This document shows, piece after piece, positions 42,484-52,792 of a stretch of 64,000 bases of DNA (positions within the stretch are counted from its first letter, which is position 1; each line of letters begins with the position of its first letter). The notes below the pieces were generated by a model. That model was not told the DNA's origin and searched no databases. It worked only from the letters and a program-made list of their open reading frames with translations. Source of the DNA: Bdellovibrionales bacterium. Its GTDB lineage: Bacteria > Bdellovibrionota > Bdellovibrionia > Bdellovibrionales > UBA1609. The position numbers and the translations under genes were made by a program. The stretch lies in contig DAHVQG010000005.1 in the NCBI GenBank assembly GCA_027317865.1, positions 1 to 64,000 of the forward strand, read 5' to 3'.

Positions 42484-43132
42484 TACAGTGGCCCATCCTC
42501 AACATCACTCACCGCTTGCGCATCATTTTAAAGATTTGGGCCAGCAATTTGATGCGGCTAAGATGGGCATTTGGCTCTTCATACTTTCAGAAATTATGAT
42601 GTTTGGCGGGTTGTTTGTGGCCTACATTATTTTTCACGGGCTCTACCCCAAGATGTTTGCCGAAGGGGCTAAATTCTGTGATTGGCGTTTTGGCGCAACC
42701 AACACGGCAGATCTCATTATCAGTTCATTTTCTATGGCCTGCGCCGTCTATTATGCTCAAACGAATCAAACTAAGAAAAGCATAATATGTATGTCGATTA
42801 CCGCCGCTTTGGGAGTCGTTTTTCTCATCATTCACGGCATCGAATATCATGACATTTGGAAGCTCGGCCTTTTGCCGGAGCACTACTTTCGTTACAAAGG
42901 TCCACATGCCAAAAACTTGGCTATGTTTTTCGCGCTCTATTTTATTATGACGGGACTTCACGGTCTTCACGTCACCGTTGGTGTTTGTCTCATCATTTGG
43001 ATGATTATTCGTAGCAAACGTGGCGAGTTTAATAGCGAGTACTACACGCCGGTTGAGTTGACGGGTCTTTATTGGCACTTTGTCGATATTATTTGGATCT
43101 TCTTGTTTCCTCTTTTGTATTTAGTGGGGTAA
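42470..43132 (+). CDS. coxC: cytochrome c oxidase subunit III
   Basis: WLFILSEIMMFGGLF, TGLHGLHV, YWHFVDIIW. Confidence 0.96.
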   Translation: MSTANTVAHPQHHSPLAHHFKDLGQQFDAAKMGIWLFILSEIMMFGGLFVAYIIFHGLYPKMFAEGAKFCDWRFGATNTADLIISSFSMACAVYYAQTNQTKKSIICMSITAALGVVFLIIHGIEYHDIWKLGLLPEHYFRYKGPHAKNLAMFFALYFIMTGLHGLHVTVGVCLIIWMIIRSKRGEFNSEYYTPVELTGLYWHFVDIIWIFLFPLLYLVG

Positions 43133-43138
43133 AAAATT

Positions 43139-43507
43139 ATGGCAGACAGTAAAGTTGTAACAGCTGGACACGCGGGCGGGCACTCACACGGCAGTCATCA
43201 CATAACGCCCATCTCAACTTACTTTAAAACAATGATCGCGCTTTTGTGCTTAACGATCTTGACGACGCTGGTGGCAAGACCGGTAACCGGTTTCAACATT
43301 GGCATCTTCAATACATTTCTTAATTTTTTAATTGCCGCAATAAAGGGCTCGCTCGTACTCGCCTTTTTTATGGGACTTAAATATGACAAAAAAATACACC
43401 TCGTGATATTTTCAATGGGATTATTTTTTCTACTAATATTTCTGTCATTTTGCCTACTCGACATTTACACCCGAGTGCATGTAATAAGTCCCCTTGTTGG
43501 CGCTTAA
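43139..43507 (+). CDS. coxD: cytochrome c oxidase subunit IV
   Basis: LLCLTILT, IAAIKGSLVLAFFMGLKY; three TMs. Confidence 0.9.
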   Translation: MADSKVVTAGHAGGHSHGSHHITPISTYFKTMIALLCLTILTTLVARPVTGFNIGIFNTFLNFLIAAIKGSLVLAFFMGLKYDKKIHLVIFSMGLFFLLIFLSFCLLDIYTRVHVISPLVGA

Positions 43508-43509
43508 CT

Positions 43510-44406
43510 ATGAAAGCATTTTTTAAACTGACAAAACCGGGAATCTCGCTGTTTGTGATGATCAGCGGGCTTGCCGGTTACGCGATCAGCTTACCGTTTC
43601 ACCGGCCTTTTGATCTCACCGTGCCCTGTTTATTGCTTTTTGGTTTGTATCTGGTGAGCACCGGAAGTTTTGCGCTCAATCAAGCTCAGGAGTGGCGACT
43701 CGATCAATTGATGCCGCGAACTTCTATGAGGCCGCTCCCGCAGGGCGATATGTCGTTGGTACAAGTCTATTCGATCGCGACACTCTGTCTTTTGTTTGGA
43801 TTTTTGGTGTTGCTACTTCTTAGCCCATGGACGGCGTTGCTCGCTTTTCTTACGGTCATCTTTTACAACGGATTTTATACGCTTTTATGGAAGAAGCGTC
43901 TGGCTTTTGCGGCTGTACCAGGCGCAATTCCGGGTGCGATGCCGGTTCTGGTGGGATACTCGGTTAACTCCATTATGCTGTGGCGGCCAGACTGCATTTA
44001 TTTATTTTTAATTATGTTTTTGTGGCAGATGCCCCATTTCTGGGCGCTTTCGGTTCGGTACAAGGACGACTATGCCAAAGCGGGCTTTCCGGTTTTACCG
44101 AATAGAATCGGCGTTGAGAGGACAATTTATTATATTGGTCTTTATACGTTTGCGTATGTCGCCCTTGCGCTATCGGCACCGGTTTTTGTTCCAGCCCATT
44201 ACTTGCAGGTTTTTATCGTGATACCGATTGCCGTTAAAGTTTTGTGGGAATTTTTCAAGTATCAAAAGTCATCTGAAACGGCGGCCGAAGGTCACATTAA
44301 ATGGCTGCCATTTTTTTTGTGGACGAATCTCAGTATGCTCGTTTTCATTTGTGCCCCCGTGTTTGACCGTTGGTGTTTCTATTTTATGGGCGGTCGGGGA
44401 GCATAG
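43510..44406 (+). CDS. ctaB: protoheme IX farnesyltransferase (heme O synthase)
   Basis: LTKPGI, D-x2-MPRT-x2-RPLP, GAIPGAMP, WQMPHFWAL, DYAKAGFP. Confidence 0.95.
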   Translation: MKAFFKLTKPGISLFVMISGLAGYAISLPFHRPFDLTVPCLLLFGLYLVSTGSFALNQAQEWRLDQLMPRTSMRPLPQGDMSLVQVYSIATLCLLFGFLVLLLLSPWTALLAFLTVIFYNGFYTLLWKKRLAFAAVPGAIPGAMPVLVGYSVNSIMLWRPDCIYLFLIMFLWQMPHFWALSVRYKDDYAKAGFPVLPNRIGVERTIYYIGLYTFAYVALALSAPVFVPAHYLQVFIVIPIAVKVLWEFFKYQKSSETAAEGHIKWLPFFLWTNLSMLVFICAPVFDRWCFYFMGGRGA

Positions 44407-44435
44407 TTGTCCGCGCGCTTTGAAGGGCTTTAGCG

Positions 44436-45329
44436 GTGAATGAAAGACACCTAAAAGGTTACAAATATTTCTGTGTTACGATTTTCTGTTTAATTTTGCT
44501 TGGGGCCTTTGTGCGCTCCATGAATGCCGGCTTGTCGTGTCCGGATTGGCCGCTTTGTCTTGGCAGAATAATTCCGCATTATCAGCCGCGAGTTTATTTT
44601 GAATTCTTGCATCGGGTATTGGCGGGGCTTATTTCACTAGCGGCCGTTTATCTAAACTTCAAAATTATTCTAAATAAATCCATGCCGAAATCTCTGAAGT
44701 GGATTGTGAGTGCTGCGCTCGTTTTATTGGTCGGACAAATTATTTTAGGCGGGTTAACGGTTCTACTGCGGTTGAATTACGGCATTGTGACGAGCCATCT
44801 TGCAATGGGCACAGCGTTTTTTGAGCTTTCGTTTTGGGCGTACCTTTCGCTGCGTGATATTTTGAGGGATTCGAACAAATCCACCCCGACAACAAGGAAG
44901 ACGGATCCGCGAGTATTCACTATTGTTTTGGTTGCCGCCGTATATGGGCAAATTTTATTAGGTGGGCTTGTTGCCTCAAACTACGCTGGGCTCGTTTGCC
45001 CGTATTTTCCGCTTTGTGAAGGCAGCCTCATCCCAACGCTTCACGGACTGATTGGTCTGCAGGTGATTCATCGCTTGGGGGCTTATACGCTTGCAACAAT
45101 TATAATTATTTACACAATTTACGTTTTCAAGCGAGTGGACGATCTCGTTATGCGAAGACTCGTAAAATGGCTTTTGGGGCTAATTATTCTTCAAATCGGC
45201 GTGGGCGTCGCGAACATTGAATTACAAATTCCGCCGCTTGTTCAGGTTATACATTTGGGTGTTGCGGTTTTAATTCTAACAGTGGCGGTGCGCCTACTGT
45301 ACGCTTCACTCCGAATCCGGCTGTCTTGA
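44436..45329 (+). CDS. ctaA: heme A synthase
   Basis: AGLSCPDWPLC, EFLHR, conserved His in TM segments, second Cys pair. Confidence 0.93.
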   Translation: MNERHLKGYKYFCVTIFCLILLGAFVRSMNAGLSCPDWPLCLGRIIPHYQPRVYFEFLHRVLAGLISLAAVYLNFKIILNKSMPKSLKWIVSAALVLLVGQIILGGLTVLLRLNYGIVTSHLAMGTAFFELSFWAYLSLRDILRDSNKSTPTTRKTDPRVFTIVLVAAVYGQILLGGLVASNYAGLVCPYFPLCEGSLIPTLHGLIGLQVIHRLGAYTLATIIIIYTIYVFKRVDDLVMRRLVKWLLGLIILQIGVGVANIELQIPPLVQVIHLGVAVLILTVAVRLLYASLRIRLS

Positions 45330-45956
45330 GGGGTGGGCGAGCACAAAGGGCTCGAGCTCTTCGACGGCATGGTAAACCTGTAGCACAGTCGGATAGTTTT
45401 CAAGTTCAACGCCGAATCGGCGAGCTGAAAAAATTTGTGGAACAATAAAGCAGTCAGCCGCAGTAACGTCGTCACCAAAGGCATAATCACCAGCTGTCAT
45501 TTTTAAAAGATCTTCGAGGGCGCGAAGACCACGGTGATTCCATTCTTTAATCCAATTTTTTTTCTGCTCGGCTGAAAAGCCGTATGTTTTTTCAAGCTCC
45601 TGCATGACGGCGGCGTTTTGTAGCGGCTGAATCCCACTATTAACGATTTCACAAATTTGTGTCACTACCGCCCGATCAAAGGGTTCGAGTGGGAATAAAT
45701 GTGGCTCCGGCGAGATGTTCTCTAGATAGTCGAAAATTGCCATCGACTGCGCAATGGGGTGGCCGGCATGAATGAGACAGGGGACTTGTTTGAGCGGATT
45801 AAGCTTTCGGTATTCGGGGCCGTGTTGTTCGCCGCCATTATTTAAAAGATGCACTGGCCGGTATTCGTATTTAATATTTTTTAGATTAAGTGCGATGCGC
45901 ACACGATACGAGGCTGAACTTCGGTAATAACTATAGAGCACAAATTCAGACGCCAT
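45306..45956 (-). CDS. maiA: maleylacetoacetate isomerase (zeta GST)
   Basis: YYRSSASYRVRIALNLK, SGIQPLQN, AHPSRQPD. Confidence 0.95.
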   Translation of the reverse strand: MASEFVLYSYYRSSASYRVRIALNLKNIKYEYRPVHLLNNGGEQHGPEYRKLNPLKQVPCLIHAGHPIAQSMAIFDYLENISPEPHLFPLEPFDRAVVTQICEIVNSGIQPLQNAAVMQELEKTYGFSAEQKKNWIKEWNHRGLRALEDLLKMTAGDYAFGDDVTAADCFIVPQIFSARRFGVELENYPTVLQVYHAVEELEPFVLAHPSRQPDSE

Positions 45957-46027
45957 GGTAAATTCCTCGCGCTTTACGGGTCAATTCTTTCAAGGTATCT
46001 TCAAGATATAGAGGTAGACCGTTAAAC

Positions 46028-47023
46028 ATGAAGTTGGCAACTTTGAAAAGCGCAATATGCCGGGATGGCGAACTGGTTGTTGTAAGCCGCGATAATAGCC
46101 GCGCCGTCAAACCGCACGTTTTGACCGACGGAGCCACTCCCTCGACACTTCGAGAAAGCGTTGAACGCTGGTCGACGGTGAGCCCAAAACTTGAACAGAT
46201 TTATTCCGACTTAAACCAAAAATCAGTGCCGGGCGAGTTTAAGGTTGTCGAGCACGATTTGCATTCGCCACTTCCGCGTGCGTTTCAGTGGGCGGACGGT
46301 TCGGCGTTTTTACATCATGTAAAGCTTGTTCGGCAGGCACGAGGAGCTGAAACTCCTCCGAATTTTTTCTCTACTCCGCTTATGTATCAGGGCGGGAGCG
46401 ACACGTTTCTTGCACCGACGGATGAAATCCCCCAAATTGATGAAAAATACGGTACGGATTTTGAGGGCGAAATCGCCGTCATAACCGATGATGTGCCGAT
46501 GGGCGTGTCTGCCGATGAGGCTCTTAAACACATAGTACTTGTGATGTTAGTGAACGATGTTTCGTTGCGCGGGCTCATCCCTGAGGAGCTTGCGATGGGT
46601 TTTGGTTTTTTTCAAAGTAAGCCGTCGTCGGCATTTGCACCGTTTGCGCTCACGCCAGAGGAGCTGGGTGACAATTGGCGGCAGGGTCGGCTTCATTTGC
46701 CACTTCTTGTGGATTTCAATGGCCAATTTTTTGGACGAGCCAATGGCGGCGAGATGCATTTTCACTTTGGCCAGCTTATAGCTCACGCCGCTAAAACACG
46801 CATGCTCAGTGCGGGCACCATTATTGGAAGTGGTACAGTTTCAAATGAAGACCCAACTGTTGGCTCAAGTTGCCTCGCCGAGCGGCGAATGATCGAAAAA
46901 ATCGAAGCAGGCTCGTCAAAAACGCCATTTATGAAGGTCGGGGACAGAGTCGAAATCAAAATGCTCGACTCAAATGGTCAGAATCTATTTGGCGCGATCA
47001 AACAAGAGGTGCGAAAGCTTTAA
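46028..47023 (+). CDS. fumarylacetoacetate hydrolase family protein
   Basis: MKLATL, PLPRAFQWADGSA, PLMYQG, DFEGE, NDVSLR, GSGTVSN. Confidence 0.93.
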   Translation: MKLATLKSAICRDGELVVVSRDNSRAVKPHVLTDGATPSTLRESVERWSTVSPKLEQIYSDLNQKSVPGEFKVVEHDLHSPLPRAFQWADGSAFLHHVKLVRQARGAETPPNFFSTPLMYQGGSDTFLAPTDEIPQIDEKYGTDFEGEIAVITDDVPMGVSADEALKHIVLVMLVNDVSLRGLIPEELAMGFGFFQSKPSSAFAPFALTPEELGDNWRQGRLHLPLLVDFNGQFFGRANGGEMHFHFGQLIAHAAKTRMLSAGTIIGSGTVSNEDPTVGSSCLAERRMIEKIEAGSSKTPFMKVGDRVEIKMLDSNGQNLFGAIKQEVRKL

Positions 47024-47028
47024 ATATA

Positions 47029-47044
47029 CTAGACCAAGGTCTAG
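47029..47044 (+). terminator. short hairpin after the FAH gene
   Basis: CTAGACC-AA-GGTCTAG followed by AGTTTC. Confidence 0.35.
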
Positions 47045-47096
47045 AGTTTCTAATGCGACTTTGCTGCCGCCTATGGACGCTCGCTAAGATTTTTTA

Positions 47097-48491
47097 GTGA
47101 TAAATAAAAGGCTAAAGCGACTCGCCAAAAGACCGGTATATTTTGCTCTTATTTTAGCTTCGTTTATATTTTTTTCTGGTTGCTCAAAATTTCAATCCGA
47201 AAGTTGGGCTCAGGCACCGCTAAACCGCCTTGCAAAGCCGGCACCGCCGATTTGTCGCGGAGAGACCGCCCCCTATCAAATGAAATTCGAAATTCGCGAT
47301 GAATCTTCGCCAGCCAATTTAAAGCAATTTTTACTGCAGCAATCGAACTTTCGTGACTCGTTGACCGCAATGAGTCTTCGCGAAAATTCATATTTAACAC
47401 CAACAAAAAGAGTGCCGCTTGAGCAATGGCCGGAACTTTTAGATGATTTGAATTTCGCCGAAATGCCCCTTGCAATAGACCGGCAAATTGCACATTACCA
47501 ACAGATAAATTTATCGGGCTACATTCGCCTTGGGAATGATGTTTACCCCCTTGCACAAGCGGAGAAAAGTTTAGAGGTTTTTAAATATCTTATAGAAAAA
47601 GATCTGGCGTGTACGGTAGGTCACACCTATCAATATTGCCTTCAACGATTTAACTCTGAAGTACGTGCGCAATTTAATCTTTATGAACCGTCTTTAGATC
47701 CGGGGGACCCTCGATACGGAGAGCCCGACGACGCCCTGTTTACGGGATATTATACCCCCGATATTTCTGTCAGCCGGATAAAAACCGCAATCTATAACCA
47801 CGCCATTTATGCAATGCCGGCAACTGATTCGTTACGTCAATCAAGTCGGGATCTTATTGATTTTCACAACCGCCTTGCCGGTCAACATTTGAGTTTGTTT
47901 TACGCCAGCGATTTGTTTTCGGTATATCTCGCGCAAATCCAAGGTAATGCCCACGTGTTTATTCAAGGCGCCGAGCATCCTGCAAGTTTTTACTTAAACT
48001 ATTCAGGAACAAATGGCCTTCGCTGGCGATTTATTTCTGAATACATGTACCGCATGCATTACATCAATAACACGTCGATTCATGCGCAACACCAGTTCCT
48101 AAGAGAACATCCAAACAAACAAGAACAGATCTATTCGACATGTCCTTCTTATGTATACTTTGAAAAAACGACCTCGCCTCCAATTGGTTCGGGCGACGTT
48201 CCCGTGACCGCAAACCGCACAATTGCCACCGACGAAAATTATTATCCCTTCAAGGGCCTTTTGGCTTTTGTTCAAGCGCAGCGCCCAACTGCAAAACAAA
48301 ATTTAAATACTCCGTGCCCGGCGATTCAATTTCAGAATTTTTCGCGGTTTTTTATCGACCAAGATTCGGGCGGCGCCATTCGCGGTAAAGCGCGCGCCGA
48401 TATTTATTTTGGCGAAGGTTCTTACGCGCGGCTTGCGGCCTATAATGAAGACACGCGTGGTAACATTTACTTTCTAATGCTAAAGAAGTAA
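47097..48491 (+). CDS. mltA: membrane-bound lytic transglycosylase A family lipoprotein
   Basis: Lipobox FSGC; FTGYYTP, QIQG, PSYVYF, QDSGGAIRG-x2-RADIYFG; TTGCTG-18-TAAGAT 6 nt before GTG. Confidence 0.9.
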   Translation: MINKRLKRLAKRPVYFALILASFIFFSGCSKFQSESWAQAPLNRLAKPAPPICRGETAPYQMKFEIRDESSPANLKQFLLQQSNFRDSLTAMSLRENSYLTPTKRVPLEQWPELLDDLNFAEMPLAIDRQIAHYQQINLSGYIRLGNDVYPLAQAEKSLEVFKYLIEKDLACTVGHTYQYCLQRFNSEVRAQFNLYEPSLDPGDPRYGEPDDALFTGYYTPDISVSRIKTAIYNHAIYAMPATDSLRQSSRDLIDFHNRLAGQHLSLFYASDLFSVYLAQIQGNAHVFIQGAEHPASFYLNYSGTNGLRWRFISEYMYRMHYINNTSIHAQHQFLREHPNKQEQIYSTCPSYVYFEKTTSPPIGSGDVPVTANRTIATDENYYPFKGLLAFVQAQRPTAKQNLNTPCPAIQFQNFSRFFIDQDSGGAIRGKARADIYFGEGSYARLAAYNEDTRGNIYFLMLKK

Positions 48492-48501
48492 AAACTTCGT
48501 T

Positions 48502-49128
48502 GTGAACCCATTAATCAAAAAGTTGAAAGTTTTAGCGTTCGCCTCTGGATACGGCTCAACGCTCGAACACCTATTGAAGTATGAAACAAGCCAAAATCCG
48601 CAATGGACGGTGACCGGTGTGGTTTGTGACAACCCCCGGGCGCGCGCGCTAACGGTTGCAAAACAGTACGCAAGAGCAGCTGTTTTGGTTTCTCGGCAAG
48701 ACTTCAAATCGAGTACCGAATTTGACCATGCAATTTTTAAGGCGGTCGAACAACAATCGCCAGATGTCATTTTTCTTTTGGGGTATTTGAAGAAAGTAGA
48801 CGCAAAACTGATTAATTCGTTTTCAGGGAGAATTTTTAACTCCCATCCGAGCTTATTACCAAAATACGGCGGCAAGAAAATGTATGGCCGGGCCGTGCAT
48901 GAAGCGGTTTTACGTGCCGGCGAATTAGAAACGGGCGTGACTCTTCACGAGGTCAACGAAAATTATGATAGCGGGCGTGTCCGAGTACAAAAGAAAATTC
49001 AAATCAAATCATCTTGGACTGTGGATGAAGTTGAGAATGCAGTTAAAATTTTTGAGAAACAAACGATTGTCGAATTCTTAAATCAAATTGCCGGCGCCGG
49101 CGCGGGTGCGTTTGAGGCAAAAATGTGA
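48502..49128 (+). CDS. purN: phosphoribosylglycinamide formyltransferase
   Basis: ASGYGS, LGYLK, NSHPSLLPKYGG, TGVTLH, YDSG. Confidence 0.92.
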   Translation: MNPLIKKLKVLAFASGYGSTLEHLLKYETSQNPQWTVTGVVCDNPRARALTVAKQYARAAVLVSRQDFKSSTEFDHAIFKAVEQQSPDVIFLLGYLKKVDAKLINSFSGRIFNSHPSLLPKYGGKKMYGRAVHEAVLRAGELETGVTLHEVNENYDSGRVRVQKKIQIKSSWTVDEVENAVKIFEKQTIVEFLNQIAGAGAGAFEAKM

Positions 49129-50066
49129 ATTGCGGATGGCTCGGCTTCAAAAACTCGGTTTCGGTTTGTGAGTCGAAATTTACAGGCCACACACGTCGAA
49201 CGATTGCGATCGAGAAAAAAATTTAGTTCAGTAGACCAATCAAATAACATGAGCATTCCAAGGCCGGCGCCGCCGTTGTTGTTGATTTTTGGGGTTCTTT
49301 CGACCGCCGCGCGATTGAGCGCCCTTACGAGAGTATTGCGGTCAAGTGACCCAAAAGGATCGCAAACCATCAGCCAAAAATAATTTTGTTCATGCCCGTA
49401 TGTCAGCGTGATCGTTTCGCCCTTTTCAAGAGCGAATTTTACCCGCCGGTCCGTTACGAGCGGGGCGCCAGTTTTGAGGTTTCGCTTACCGTTATAAAAT
49501 GCATTTGTTAGTAGTTCGGATGCCGCAGTTAAAACAACTCCTTCAAAGCCTGGAAAGCAATTTAAGCTTTGAACGTATTTGCCAAGCTGGCGGTATAAAT
49601 CGTCGCACTGATCAGAGTTTGTAAGTGTCACATCTTGACGGTGAACTAATTGACCCGGTTGAAAGTGCTTCGGGGCAAATCTCTGTCTTTGTGACAATAG
49701 TTGTATGATGCAGGACCGCGAATTTTCTGAAGCGCGCGGGATAATGTGATCAATCGGATGTTTTAGCATGAGAGCCGTCATCTCGGCATTGGGGAGATCA
49801 TCGTAAACCAATGCAATCGTGGGTTGGCATTCGCGAATAACTTTTTCTAAATCGTTCTGCTTCGAGCGGACAATGTTTGAATTAACAAATAGCATTGCTT
49901 CTTGGCCGAATACTCGAACTGCGTCGTGTGCAGCGAGTAGGTCGGGAACAATTACGAAATGAGAAGAAACGAGTGCCTCCCGGGTGAAATCGCCGGGGTC
50001 ACCGCAAAATACGAATTGTGCCATCTGTACCAAAATTTTCCCGGCAAAGTTCGCGGCGCGCAACAT
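49083..50066 (-). CDS. RsbW-like HATPase with degenerate receiver-like N-terminus
   Basis: SELLTNAFYNG N-box, DPFGS, GGAGLG; no H-box; start may be 50024. Confidence 0.75.
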   Translation of the reverse strand: MLRAANFAGKILVQMAQFVFCGDPGDFTREALVSSHFVIVPDLLAAHDAVRVFGQEAMLFVNSNIVRSKQNDLEKVIRECQPTIALVYDDLPNAEMTALMLKHPIDHIIPRASENSRSCIIQLLSQRQRFAPKHFQPGQLVHRQDVTLTNSDQCDDLYRQLGKYVQSLNCFPGFEGVVLTAASELLTNAFYNGKRNLKTGAPLVTDRRVKFALEKGETITLTYGHEQNYFWLMVCDPFGSLDRNTLVRALNRAAVERTPKINNNGGAGLGMLMLFDWSTELNFFLDRNRSTCVACKFRLTNRNRVFEAEPSAIHIFASNAPAPAPAI

Positions 50067-50184
50067 GATTTTAGAGGCTGGACTTCGAACCAGAGCTCAA
50101 TAAGTTTGATTGATTTAGATGGCGTCGGTCATTACTCTAAAAAAACGCGGGCAAATTTAGTGGGTCCGCCAGTGGGAGCGCGAT

Positions 50185-50691
50185 GTGAAGGCAGCGGTTT
50201 TACCTAATACCCTGGCATTTGATGGGATTCTGGATGAAGTCTCCTCGTTTAATCACCTAGTTGAAGCATTCGAAAAATTAAAACAGACCGGCATGAAGCC
50301 ACCCGTGAATCTCGATTTTTCGAAAGTGAGCTATGCCAATTCCGCCGGGATCGTAACGTGGCTTAAATTTACCCAGGCCGCGAAAATCTCCTTCAAATAC
50401 ATTAATGCGCCAATTTGGCTAGTAAATCAGTTCAACATGATCCGCGATTATTTTCAAAACGGCAGCTATGCAGAAAGCATTGAAGCGCCGTATTTTTCAC
50501 CGGCAACCCAAGAATCGCGCGCATTCACGCTTCAGTTGGGCAAAGATATTCCGCTTCTAAACGACTATACAAACTTTGTTATGCCGAACCGGAATGTAAG
50601 TGGGCGTGTTTACGAAATCGATTTCTCCCCTGAACTTTACTTTTCTTTTATAAGCGAAAATTATCCTATGTTTAAAGAACTCCTAAAATGA
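50185..50691 (+). CDS. STAS-like anti-anti-sigma domain protein
   Basis: LAFDGILDE...LDFSKVSYANSAGIVTW with the phosphorylatable Ser. Confidence 0.75.
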   Translation: MKAAVLPNTLAFDGILDEVSSFNHLVEAFEKLKQTGMKPPVNLDFSKVSYANSAGIVTWLKFTQAAKISFKYINAPIWLVNQFNMIRDYFQNGSYAESIEAPYFSPATQESRAFTLQLGKDIPLLNDYTNFVMPNRNVSGRVYEIDFSPELYFSFISENYPMFKELLK

Positions 50692-51644
50692 ATAACGTCA
50701 CGGTTGTCAGCCACTTTTCTTTAGCCAATTGGCCGATCGTAAACAAACTTAGTGCGATTTGTAAGTGTCTCGAAGTTACAATGGTGCATTGTTCGGCAAT
50801 TGAAAAGTTGCGTTCGGTTATGAAAGAATTGCCTCCGGGTCGCCGGCTATTTTTTACGGATGAGGGGCTTGTATCCGTCGTGCAAGAAATCGAGACACAA
50901 TCGCATGGCGCAGTCGATGTGGCGATGTTTATAAATTCGCCGATTTCGAAAGTCGCTGAGAAGATAAACACCTTGCGATCGGTCAAATATTTAATTGGCG
51001 GGCAAAATGCCGAGTCGACTGGTCGGGATCTGTCGATCTTGATAAAAAAATATACGGACGGCGACATTCTTGATCTTGATAAATACTTGGCGTTTGGTTG
51101 TAAAATTCATACTCGAGTGGTGAATTCGGCGAAAGCAAAGCGAGACGCGATTGATTCCGTTGCAAAATATATCTCGCGCCTCGGTGACCCCGGTTATCGG
51201 CATCCATTTGACGAATACGCCCGGCGCATCTCTGAATTGACCGATGAGCTACTTTTAAACGCCGTATTTAACGCGAACCCGAGACTTCGCAATGCGGATC
51301 GTGGGGCGCAATTTCACTTACAACCCGAAGAAGAAGTTCGAATGTCATTTGGCTACGATGGTGATTATTTCGGCGTCTCGGTACGCGATCCGTTTGGCCA
51401 ATTTAACCCAGATACAATTATGAGCTACCTTGCTGCTAACCGTGAATCCGGCGGGATCGCAAAGTCAAAAAGTGCGGGGCTCGGGTTAAAATTTATATTT
51501 GAAAAAGCCCATCAAATCGTTGCGAATGTAAAAGAAGAGCGCGCCACTGAGGTCATAGCGCTGGTGCGATTTTCGAGTCGATTATTGGAATTTGAGAAAC
51601 AGAAAAAATCATTTTATTTTTTTGATTCAAGGAGGCGGGCCTGA
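50688..51644 (+). CDS. RsbW-like HATPase, paralog of 49083-50066
   Basis: DELLLNAVFNA, RDPFGQF, SAGLGL. Confidence 0.75.
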   Translation: MNNVTVVSHFSLANWPIVNKLSAICKCLEVTMVHCSAIEKLRSVMKELPPGRRLFFTDEGLVSVVQEIETQSHGAVDVAMFINSPISKVAEKINTLRSVKYLIGGQNAESTGRDLSILIKKYTDGDILDLDKYLAFGCKIHTRVVNSAKAKRDAIDSVAKYISRLGDPGYRHPFDEYARRISELTDELLLNAVFNANPRLRNADRGAQFHLQPEEEVRMSFGYDGDYFGVSVRDPFGQFNPDTIMSYLAANRESGGIAKSKSAGLGLKFIFEKAHQIVANVKEERATEVIALVRFSSRLLEFEKQKKSFYFFDSRRRA

Positions 51645-52792
51645 TGAAGACGAAGCAGATCGTTATTAAAAGTAAGGACCTCAATAATGCGAAACTTGAC
51701 GCTCTTTCGGCGATTGCTCCACAAGTTGGATTTTTATTTGGTTCGGTATCGACCTTCGAGAATCAGAGCTTTCTAAAGAAGCTGATTGATCAAAAGCCCA
51801 AATTGCAATGGGTTGGCTGCACAACCGCCGGTGAAGTGAGTCAAAGCGGCGTTTCTGACGACACTGCGGTTCTCACGGCAATTCATTTTGACAATCCAAA
51901 CGCCAAATTTAAAATCGCAACCGCGCGAATCGAATCCGCCGAAAAGAGCGAGCCGGCCGGGGAGAAGTTGGCAAAAGATCTTTCGACGCCGGAGTTGCGT
52001 GGCATTTTGGTTATAAGCCCCGGAGTTAACGTCAATGGTAGCCAGCTTGTTAAGGGCATTACAAAGGTGACGGGCAGCAGAGTCATAGTGACTGGCGGAT
52101 TAGCTGGTGACGGGGGCAAGTTTCAAAAAACGTTTACACTGTCCCCCGAAGGCGCAAGCGACAATCACGTGGTCGGGGTAGGCCTTTATGGGGACGCGAT
52201 CGAACTTCGTCACGGCTGTATGGGAGGGTGGGATCCATTTGGCAAGACCCGTCAGGTGACAAAATCGAATCTGAACGTGGTATTCGAACTCGACGGTAAA
52301 CCGGCGCTGGACATATATAAAGAATACTTAGGTGAACATGCTAAAGATCTCCCGGCATCCGGGCTTATGTTCCCTTTTGCGATACTAAACGATAAACAAG
52401 CGGACACGGGGCTAATTCGAACAATTCTTGCGGTTGACGATAAGGCGGGATCATTGACATTTGCCGGGGATGTTCCGGAGGGTTGCTATGTCAAACTCAT
52501 GCATGCCAATACAAAAGGTTTAGTAAGCGGAGCAAAAGGTGCGGCCGAACAGTCCATCACAAAGGGCGGCTTGGCTTCTAGTGCATTCGCGATGCTTATC
52601 AGCTGTGTCGGCAGAAAATTAGTCATGGGGCCGAACGTTGACGAAGAAATCGAGGCCATAAGCGACGTATTCGGAAGTGGCTGTGCATTATCCGGATTTT
52701 ACTCGTACGGCGAGATCAGCCCATTTTTAGACAAAGTGGGTTGCCAGCTTCACAACCAAACCATGACGATTAGCTATCTCAGCGAGCGATGA
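51644..52792 (+). CDS. FIST N+C domain sensor (NosP-like)
   Basis: GCTTAGE, GGLAGDG, ELDGKPAL, SCVGR, GFYSYGEI, LHNQT. Confidence 0.93.
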   Translation: MKTKQIVIKSKDLNNAKLDALSAIAPQVGFLFGSVSTFENQSFLKKLIDQKPKLQWVGCTTAGEVSQSGVSDDTAVLTAIHFDNPNAKFKIATARIESAEKSEPAGEKLAKDLSTPELRGILVISPGVNVNGSQLVKGITKVTGSRVIVTGGLAGDGGKFQKTFTLSPEGASDNHVVGVGLYGDAIELRHGCMGGWDPFGKTRQVTKSNLNVVFELDGKPALDIYKEYLGEHAKDLPASGLMFPFAILNDKQADTGLIRTILAVDDKAGSLTFAGDVPEGCYVKLMHANTKGLVSGAKGAAEQSITKGGLASSAFAMLISCVGRKLVMGPNVDEEIEAISDVFGSGCALSGFYSYGEISPFLDKVGCQLHNQTMTISYLSER